Origin: a virus
Lineage: Duplodnaviria > Heunggongvirae > Uroviricota > Caudoviricetes
Strand: one strand, 5' to 3'
Virus record (IMG/VR): IMGVR_UViG_2645727640_000037
DNA length: 13,134 nt
Shown here: one piece after another, positions 7,032 to 13,134 of the stretch
Position numbering within the stretch: position 1 is the stretch's first letter
Layout of the letters: each line of letters opens with the position of its first letter
The notes under the pieces: generated by a model
Databases searched by the model: none
What the model saw: only the letters and a program-made list of their open reading frames with translations
Told to the model about the DNA's origin: nothing
Position numbers and translations under genes: made by a program

Positions 7032-8249
7032 ATGAAACTTCATGAGATGAAGCAAAAACGAAACACCATTGCAAAGGATATGCGTGCACTGCATGAAAAA
7101 ATTGGTGATAACGCATGGACTGATGAGCAACGGGCAGAGTGGAACAGGGCGAAAGCTGAGCTGGATGCGCTGGATGAGCAAATCGCCCGTGAAGAAGAGT
7201 TGCGCCGTCAGGATCAGGCATATGTGGATGAGTCCGGGCCGGAAGAGCGCCAGAATAATGAGGCGGAGAACGGGAAAAAGGCGGTGGAAGAGAAGCGTGC
7301 TGCGGCATTTAACCGTTTTCTGCGTGCCGGATTTGCAGAACTGAATGCTGAAGAGCGTAATCTGATGCGTGAACTGCGGGCTCAGAGTGTAACAACGGAT
7401 TCTCAGGGCGGATATACGGTGCCCACGCAGATGCGTAACAAAATCATTGACACCATGAAGGCTTATGGCGGGATTGCCAGTATGGCGCAACTTCTGACCA
7501 CATCAACCGGGCAGGATATCACCTGGTCAACGTCTGATGGCACGACTGAAGAGGGCGAACTGCTGGCGGAAAATACAGCCGCAACGGAACAGGATGTGAC
7601 GTTCGGGACCGCTATTCTGGGGGCTAAAAAGCTGTCATCAAAAATAATTCGTGTGTCCAATGAGCTGCTCCAGGACAGTGGGGTGGATATTGAATCTTAT
7701 CTGGCAAACCGTATTGCCCAGCGTATTGGTCGTGGAGAGGCAAAATATCTGGTTCAGGGGACCGGAACGGGATCACCGTTACAGCCAAAAGGGCTGGCAG
7801 CGTCGGTGACGGGAACCATCCAGACTGCAGCCTCTGCCGCTTTCACCTGGAAAGAAATGAATGCCCTGAAACATGCCATTGATCCGGCATATCGTGGTGG
7901 GCCGAAATACCGCTGGGCATTCAATGATGCCACATTGCAGACTATTGAAGAGATGGAGGATGGACAGAAACGCCCGTTATGGCTGCCGGATATTGCAGGC
8001 GGTACGCCGGCTACTGTGCTGGGGATCCCTTATGTTATTGATCAGGCTATTGACGGGATTGGTACTGGAAAAAAATTCATTTTCCTGGGGGATTTCAACC
8101 GCTTTATCATTCGCCGCGTTACTTATATGGAACTGAAACGTCTGGTTGAGCGTTATGCTGAGTTTGATCAGGTGGCATTTCTGGCTTTCCATCGTTTTGA
8201 CTGTGTGCTGGAAGATGTGGCAGCCATCAAGGCGCTCACTGGCAAATAA
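7032..8249 (+). CDS. Major capsid protein (HK97 fold) with N-terminal delta (scaffolding) domain
   Basis: 405-aa ORF. The first ~100 residues are a charged coiled-coil (EQRAEWNRAKAELDALDEQIAREEELRRQ), typical of a delta domain that the protease removes. No separate scaffold gene is present. AAGGA Shine-Dalgarno upstream. Confidence 0.95.
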   Translation: MKLHEMKQKRNTIAKDMRALHEKIGDNAWTDEQRAEWNRAKAELDALDEQIAREEELRRQDQAYVDESGPEERQNNEAENGKKAVEEKRAAAFNRFLRAGFAELNAEERNLMRELRAQSVTTDSQGGYTVPTQMRNKIIDTMKAYGGIASMAQLLTTSTGQDITWSTSDGTTEEGELLAENTAATEQDVTFGTAILGAKKLSSKIIRVSNELLQDSGVDIESYLANRIAQRIGRGEAKYLVQGTGTGSPLQPKGLAASVTGTIQTAASAAFTWKEMNALKHAIDPAYRGGPKYRWAFNDATLQTIEEMEDGQKRPLWLPDIAGGTPATVLGIPYVIDQAIDGIGTGKKFIFLGDFNRFIIRRVTYMELKRLVERYAEFDQVAFLAFHRFDCVLEDVAAIKALTGK

Positions 8250-8270
8250 CCACTCGTTGTTCAGTTACAG

Positions 8271-8292
8271 ACCGCGCCGACGCGGTTTTTTT
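8271..8292 (+). terminator. Predicted rho-independent terminator downstream of the major capsid gene
   Basis: Hairpin ACCGCG-ccga-CGCGGT (6-bp GC-rich stem) followed by a T7 run, 22 nt after the capsid stop codon. Confidence 0.5.
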
Positions 8293-8325
8293 ATGCCCGC
8301 ACAGTGTTGCGGGCAGGAGTTTCTG

Positions 8326-8643
8326 ATGGCAGCAATAGTGGAAAAACTCAGGGCGCAGTGCCGTATTGATACAGATGATGCAACTGATGATGAGTTACTG
8401 ATGCTGTATTTCCGGGCTGCCTGCCGCAAGGCAGAAAATTTTATCAACCGTAAGCTTTATGAGGAGACGGTGCCGGAAGGTGATCCTGAAGGGGTGCTTA
8501 TAGCTGATGATGTTTTGCTGGCGCTCATGTTGCTGGTCGGGCACTGGTACGAAAACCGGGAAAATTCCTCAGATGTCAGCAAGGCACCAGTCCCGTTTGG
8601 TTTTTCTTCTCTGCTGGAGCCTTATCGTTTTATTCCTTTGTAG
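8326..8643 (+). CDS. Head-tail connector protein (gp6-like, DNA-packaging / head completion)
   Basis: 105-aa ORF starting at ATG 8326 with an AGGAG Shine-Dalgarno at 8315-8319. The ORF track extends the frame back to 8146 across the capsid 3' end and terminator, which is unlikely to be translated. Position after the capsid gene is typical. Confidence 0.75.
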   Translation: MAAIVEKLRAQCRIDTDDATDDELLMLYFRAACRKAENFINRKLYEETVPEGDPEGVLIADDVLLALMLLVGHWYENRENSSDVSKAPVPFGFSSLLEPYRFIPL

Positions 8644-8651
8644 GAGGAGAC

Positions 8652-8990
8652 ATGCAGGCGGGCAGATTACGTGATCGCGTAATTATTCTGAATGTCACCA
8701 CCGCCCGCTCTCCGTCAGGGCATCCGGTGGAGACGGTGACGGAGGGAGCTACCGTATGGGCAGAAGTTAAGGGTATCAGCGGGAGGGAGATAATCTCAGG
8801 CGGAGCAGAAACCGCTCAGGCTACGGTCAGAGTCTGGATGAGATTCCGGCGCGATGTGACAGCGACTTCACGTCTGAAAGTGCTGACCGGTGCATTTAAA
8901 GGGGCCATTCTGGGTATAGAAGGTCCACCAATACCGGATGCACGTGCTACCCGGCTTGAAATACTCTGCAGCCTGAAGGGGAATGTGTGA
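8652..8990 (+). CDS. Head-tail adaptor / head closure protein (HK97 gp7 or SPP1 gp16-like)
   Basis: 112-aa ORF with an AGGAGGAG Shine-Dalgarno. Size and synteny fit; the sequence has the small beta-rich character of this family. Confidence 0.75.
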   Translation: MQAGRLRDRVIILNVTTARSPSGHPVETVTEGATVWAEVKGISGREIISGGAETAQATVRVWMRFRRDVTATSRLKVLTGAFKGAILGIEGPPIPDARATRLEILCSLKGNV

Positions 8991-9436
8991 TGGATTTCAG
9001 TCTTGATTTTTCCGGCCTGGCGGATATTGCACGGGATTTGGAGACGCTCAGTAGGGCAGAAAACAATAAGGTTCTGCGCGATGCCACCCGTGCCGGTGCT
9101 GAAGTTATGCGGGATGCAGTTGTTGAACGTGCGCCGGAGCGAACCGGGAAACTGAAGAAAAATGTGGTTGTTCTCACTCAGCGTTCAAAGCGTCGGGGGG
9201 AAATTATCTCGGGTGTCCACATTCGCGGACGGAACCTGCGAACCGGAAACAGTGATAACAGCATGAAAGCCAGCGATCCCCGAAATGCATTTTACTGGCG
9301 CTTTGTGGAGCTGGGAACGATAAACATGCCCGCGCATCCATTCATTCGCCCGGCTTTCGATACGACAGAGGAGCTGGCGGCGCAGGTTGCCATACAGCGA
9401 ATGAATCAGGCTATTGATGAGGTCTTAAGTAAATGA
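8987..9436 (+). CDS. HK97 gp10-like neck / tail-attachment protein
   Basis: 149-aa ORF with ATGA overlap to the previous gene; assignment by position in the head-tail joining module. Confidence 0.7.
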   Translation: MMDFSLDFSGLADIARDLETLSRAENNKVLRDATRAGAEVMRDAVVERAPERTGKLKKNVVVLTQRSKRRGEIISGVHIRGRNLRTGNSDNSMKASDPRNAFYWRFVELGTINMPAHPFIRPAFDTTEELAAQVAIQRMNQAIDEVLSK

Positions 9437-9777
9437 GGGAGGCCACACTGTATTCCCTGTTGTCTCAGCTGGCCGGAGGACAGGTTTATCCTTATGTGGT
9501 CCCGCTGACGGAGGGAAAGCCTGCGGTATCTCCGCCGTGGCTGGTGTTTTCTGTGGTGTCTGACACGGTATCTGATGTGCTTGATGGGCAGGCTGAATCC
9601 AGAATTACCGTGCAGATCGATGTCTGGGCGACAGTACCTGATGACGCAGATAATATTCGTGAGCAGGCGCTTGATGCGGTAAGAAAACTGGCACCCTCCG
9701 TTATTTCTAAAACGCAGGGTTATGATCCTGACTCCCGTCTGAGCAGAGCCACGCTTGAATTCCAGGTAATAGCCTGA
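9433..9777 (+). CDS. Tail terminator / tail completion protein (DUF3168, gpU-like)
   Basis: 114-aa ORF with ATGA overlap to the previous gene; it is the last gene before the major tail protein, the usual tail-terminator position. Confidence 0.7.
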   Translation: MREATLYSLLSQLAGGQVYPYVVPLTEGKPAVSPPWLVFSVVSDTVSDVLDGQAESRITVQIDVWATVPDDADNIREQALDAVRKLAPSVISKTQGYDPDSRLSRATLEFQVIA

Positions 9778-9797
9778 GGTCATTAATGATTTTACCC

Positions 9798-9824
9798 ACC
9801 CGCCGCTGGCGGGTTTTTTTATTT
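9798..9824 (+). terminator. Predicted rho-independent terminator just upstream of the major tail protein gene
   Basis: Hairpin ACCCGCC-gct-GGCGGGT (7-bp stem) followed by TTTTTTTATTTT; then AGGAGA Shine-Dalgarno and ATG 9838. Confidence 0.55.
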
Positions 9825-9837
9825 TCAGGAGACGAGT

Positions 9838-10542
9838 ATGTCCTCTAATTTTGAGCGTTCGCAACTGACGAAAATTATGATTTCGTCTGCACCGGTAACA
9901 GCAGAAACCCTGGATTCTGCCAGCTATCTTGGCCTGAGCTGTACAATCAAAGAGGTGCAGTTTACCGCAGGACAAAAGCAGGATATTGATGTCACCACGC
10001 TGTGTTCTGTTGAGCAGGAAAATATTAACGGTCTTGGGGCTGCTTCAGAGATTTCCATGTCAGGCAACTTTTATCTGAATGCTGCCCAGAACGCGTTGCG
10101 CAGTGCCTATGACAATGACACCACGTATGGCTTTAAAGTTATTTTTCCGTCAGGCAACGGATTTACCTTTATGGCAGAGGTGCGTCAGCATACCTGGTCT
10201 GCAGGAACCAATGGTGTTGTGGCTGCAACGTTTTCTCTGCGCCTGAAAGGTAAGCCTGTGCTGACGACAGAGCCGCTGAAAGTGAAGGTTGATTTAAAAA
10301 GCACGCTGCGGGTTGCTTCCGGAGCGAAACTTGAAATGGCGGTTGAGGCTGTGGGTGGTGTGCCGCCTTATTCTTATGCCTGGAAAAAAGGTGGTTCTCC
10401 TGTTTCCGGACAGACGGCGGCAACGTTCAGTAAGGCATCAGCAGCATCCGGTGATGCCGGTGCGTATACCTGCGAGATTTCTGATTCAGCGAGCCCGGTT
10501 AACAAAGTGACCTCCACTTCCTGCACTGTAACCGTCAGTTAA
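9838..10542 (+). CDS. Major tail protein with C-terminal Ig-like domain
   Basis: 234-aa ORF with an AGGAGA Shine-Dalgarno. The C-terminal ~85 aa (VKVDLKSTLRVASGAKLEMAVEAVGGVPPYSYAWKKGGSPVSGQTAATFSKASAASGDAGAYTCEISDS...) has the Y-x-C pattern of phage Ig-like decoration domains. Position before the G/GT chaperones. Confidence 0.85.
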   Translation: MSSNFERSQLTKIMISSAPVTAETLDSASYLGLSCTIKEVQFTAGQKQDIDVTTLCSVEQENINGLGAASEISMSGNFYLNAAQNALRSAYDNDTTYGFKVIFPSGNGFTFMAEVRQHTWSAGTNGVVAATFSLRLKGKPVLTTEPLKVKVDLKSTLRVASGAKLEMAVEAVGGVPPYSYAWKKGGSPVSGQTAATFSKASAASGDAGAYTCEISDSASPVNKVTSTSCTVTVS

Positions 10543-10928
10543 TGAGGATGGATGTGATGACTAAAAATATCCGTAATCTGGCACTGGCAACGATGTCGGG
10601 GTTTCGCCATAAAACCGTTGATGTGCCTGAATGGGAGGGAGCAACGGTTGTGTTACGGGAACCTTCTGCAGAAGCCTGGTTGCGCTGGCAGGAGATCGTT
10701 AAAGCAAAAGATGATGAGACACCGTTATCCGTTGCGGAGCGCGCCCGCCGAAATCTGGAGGCAGATGTTGAACTGTTCATTGATGTTCTGTGTGATACCG
10801 GACTGCAACCCGTATTTTCAGAGGATGATCGTGAACAGGTGATTGCCGTGTATGGCCCGGTGCATGCGCGGCTTCTTCGGCAGTCTCTGGAACTGATCAG
10901 TGATGCCGGCGAGGTTAAAAAAAAGTAG
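10542..10928 (+). CDS. Tail assembly chaperone G
   Basis: 128-aa ORF between major tail protein and tape measure, ending in KKK-stop over an A-rich slippery run. A GAGG-supported internal ATG at 10557 is an alternative start. Confidence 0.8.
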   Translation: MRMDVMTKNIRNLALATMSGFRHKTVDVPEWEGATVVLREPSAEAWLRWQEIVKAKDDETPLSVAERARRNLEADVELFIDVLCDTGLQPVFSEDDREQVIAVYGPVHARLLRQSLELISDAGEVKKK

Positions 10929-11230
10929 CGCTTCCGGGGATGCGTTTTCTGATGATGCTGGCGCTCAGGATGGGGCGCACATTGTCAGAGTTACGCCGGG
11001 AAATGTCCGCATCAGAAATCATGATGTGGGCAGAATTTGACAGGTTCAGCCCGCTGGGGGACGAACGGGCTGATTTCCGGGCTGCCCAGATTGTTTCAGC
11101 TGTTTACGGTGCGCAGGGGGTCAAAGTGTCACTGAATGATGCGCTTCTTCAGTGGGAGAAGGAGCAGACAGAAGGCGCTTCAGATCCATTTGCCGGACTG
11201 GAAAACGCGTTTTTAATAGTGTCTCAGTGA
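10542..11230 (+). CDS. Tail assembly chaperone GT fusion, made by -1 frameshift at 10919-10925
   Basis: The T ORF (ATG 10940 to 11230) is in the -1 frame relative to G and has no Shine-Dalgarno of its own. This is the conserved G/GT arrangement of siphovirus tail genes. Confidence 0.65.
10919..10925 (+). other. Programmed -1 ribosomal frameshift slippery heptamer A-AAA-AAG
   Basis: A AAA AAG in the G zero frame, immediately before the TAG stop at 10926-10928. The -1 frame is open from 10919 to TGA 11228-11230 and contains the downstream T ORF. The same heptamer is the E. coli dnaX slip site. Confidence 0.7.
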
Positions 11231-11236
11231 GTCAAC

Positions 11237-11260
11237 ATAACCGCTTCGGCGGTTTTTTTT
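11237..11260 (+). terminator. Terminator-like hairpin plus T8 between the tail chaperone and the tape measure gene
   Basis: AACCGC-ttcg-GCGGTT (6-bp stem, TTCG tetraloop) followed by eight T; short stem, so probably weak. Confidence 0.35.
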
Positions 11261-11270
11261 CGTCCGGAGA

Positions 11271-13088
11271 ATGCGTGTGGCGACATTACGTGAACTGATT
11301 ATTAAAATCTCGGCAAATTCCCGGTCATTCCAGTCAGAGATCTCCCGGGCTTCGCGTATGGGGCAGGATTACTACCGTACCATGCAGAACGGAGGCCGGC
11401 AGTCCGCTGCTGCATCCCGTGAAATGCGGCGTGCACTGGCAGAAGTGACGGATCAGATAAATATAGCTAAATCTTCGGCACTGAATATGGCGGGGGCATT
11501 TGCCGGGGCTTTTGCTACCGGTCATCTTATTTCTCTCGCCGATGAGTGGAATTCAGTAAATGCCCGTCTGAAGCAGGCCTCACAGTCCAGTGATGATTTT
11601 CAGGTATCACAACGTGAATTAATGGCGATCAGCCAGAGAACGGGGACGGCGTTTTCTGATAACGCCAGCCTTTTTGCCCGTTCTGCAGCTTCCATGCGGG
11701 AGTATGGTTACAGTTCTGAGGAGGTACTGAAAGTCACCGAGGCGATCTCCACGGGCCTGAAATTATCCGGTGCCAGTACAGCAGAAGCCAGTTCGGTGAT
11801 CACGCAGTTCAGTCAGGCACTGGCGCAGGGAGTGCTGCGCGGTGAAGAGTTTAACTCGGTGAATGAGAGCGGTGATCGTGTTATTCGTGCGCTGGCTGCG
11901 GGAATGGGCGTTGCCCGTAAGGATCTGAAGGCCATGGCGGATAACGGAAAACTAACCGCCGATAAGGTTGTTCCTGCACTGATTAGTCAGCTTGGGGCGT
12001 TGCGTGATGAATATGCAGCAATGCCTGATACGGTTTCATCCTCTGCAACCAAAGTTGAAAACGCCTTTATGGCCTGGGTTGGTGGTGCGAACGAGGCAAG
12101 CGGAGTGACGAAGACGCTCTCCGGGGTGCTGAATGGTCTTGCAGGCAATATTGACACCGTGGCAACCGCTGCCGGTGCTCTGGTTGCCGTCGGGGTAGCC
12201 CGATATTTTGGCAATATGGCGTCTTCTGCTGGATCTGCAACTGCCGGATTAATTACTGCAGCCAGAAACGAAGTGGCTCTTGCTGAAGCGCAACTTCGGG
12301 GGACACAGATAGCAACCGCCAGGGCGCGTGCGGCGGTTTATCGTGCGCAACAGGCGGTTGTTGCTGCTCGCGGTACCGAAAGGCAGGCCGCAGCAGAAGC
12401 GAAGCTGACAGCTGCCCAGGCGTCACTTACCCGTAATATTGCGGCCAGAACAGCGGCACAGACAACGCTGAATACTGTCACGTCAGTGGGGAGTCGTCTG
12501 TTAAGTGGTGCGCTGGGGTTGGTTGGTGGTGTGCCGGGACTCGTCATGCTGGGGGCGACGGCCTGGTACACGATGTATCAGAATCAGGAGCAGGCCAGAG
12601 AATCTGCACGCCAGTATGCCGCAACAATCGACGAAATTCGCCAGAAAACGTCGGCAATGTCGCTTCCTGAAGCGTCAGATAATGAGGAAAAGACGCGGCA
12701 GGCACTTGATGAGCAAAACAGGTTAATTGACGAGCAGAAAAGTAAGATTAAATCCTTACAGGAAAAAATTGCTGGCTATCAGTATGTGCTGGCAAACCCG
12801 GGCTGGACAACCGATAACGGTTTTATGATTAACCACATGACGTCGGTAAAAACTGTCACAGAAGGGCTTGCAGAAGCAACAAATCAACTGGCAGTTGAAC
12901 AGTCCCGTCTCACACAAATGCAGGGCAAAGCGCAATCCATTCAGGATGTGCTTGCCGGGCTGGAGGAGCGACGGGTGGCGTTGATCCGTCAACAGGCCGC
13001 GGAACAAAACAAAGCGTATCAGTCCCTGTTGATCAGTAAGCGTCGTCTCAGCACCGTCTGGCAGATCCTGAAATTCCTGAGAGAATAG
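11271..13088 (+). CDS. Tail tape measure protein
   Basis: 605-aa ORF, Ala-rich and alpha-helical, with a hydrophobic Gly-rich segment (GALGLVGGVPGLVMLGATAWY) and coiled-coil stretches. Position after G/GT. The start may be GTG 11277, since GGAGA abuts ATG 11271 with no spacer. Ends at TAG 13086-13088. Confidence 0.85.
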   Translation: MRVATLRELIIKISANSRSFQSEISRASRMGQDYYRTMQNGGRQSAAASREMRRALAEVTDQINIAKSSALNMAGAFAGAFATGHLISLADEWNSVNARLKQASQSSDDFQVSQRELMAISQRTGTAFSDNASLFARSAASMREYGYSSEEVLKVTEAISTGLKLSGASTAEASSVITQFSQALAQGVLRGEEFNSVNESGDRVIRALAAGMGVARKDLKAMADNGKLTADKVVPALISQLGALRDEYAAMPDTVSSSATKVENAFMAWVGGANEASGVTKTLSGVLNGLAGNIDTVATAAGALVAVGVARYFGNMASSAGSATAGLITAARNEVALAEAQLRGTQIATARARAAVYRAQQAVVAARGTERQAAAEAKLTAAQASLTRNIAARTAAQTTLNTVTSVGSRLLSGALGLVGGVPGLVMLGATAWYTMYQNQEQARESARQYAATIDEIRQKTSAMSLPEASDNEEKTRQALDEQNRLIDEQKSKIKSLQEKIAGYQYVLANPGWTTDNGFMINHMTSVKTVTEGLAEATNQLAVEQSRLTQMQGKAQSIQDVLAGLEERRVALIRQQAAEQNKAYQSLLISKRRLSTVWQILKFLRE

Positions 13089-13134
13089 TGGACACCAAAT
13101 ATGGTGGACGCTATCCATGAAATCATTAACCGCA

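Noticed and set aside
8146-8325. N-terminal extension of the connector ORF as called in the ORF track (start 8146)
   Set aside because: The extension overlaps the capsid 3' end and the terminator hairpins; ATG 8326 with an AGGAG Shine-Dalgarno is the credible start.
9406-9975. 189-aa minus-strand ORF spanning the tail-terminator gene, the hairpin and the major tail gene start
   Set aside because: It crosses a terminator and two well-supported + strand genes, and its Arg/Cys-rich translation is typical of an antisense frame.
12756-13118. 120-aa minus-strand ORF at the 3' end of the tape measure gene
   Set aside because: Antisense to the tape measure coiled-coil region; shadow ORF.
1-13134. 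CRISPR arrays, tRNA or rRNA genes, integrase or transposase, attachment sites
   Set aside because: No spaced direct repeats, no cloverleaf-capable segments and no recombinase-like ORFs were seen; the window is the lysis-to-tail late module only.

Overview
This window reads as the late region of a lambdoid, HK97-type siphovirus prophage from an enterobacterium (E. coli-like), with nearly all genes on the + strand. In order: a lysis cassette (pinholin C-terminus, a DUF1327/YdfR-like ORF, SAR endolysin, Rz with embedded Rz1), an HNH endonuclease, an AT-rich insertion carrying a minus-strand gene of unknown function, terminase small and large subunits, portal, prohead protease, major capsid protein, head-tail connector and adaptor proteins, major tail protein with an Ig-like C-terminus, tail assembly chaperones G/GT with a canonical -1 slippery heptamer, and a tape measure protein. 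The most interesting locus is the AT-rich, opposite-strand cargo gene between HNH and terS, at the position lambda uses for bor; its function cannot be assigned from sequence. All assignments rest on reading the supplied ORF translations and remembered family features; no database search was run.
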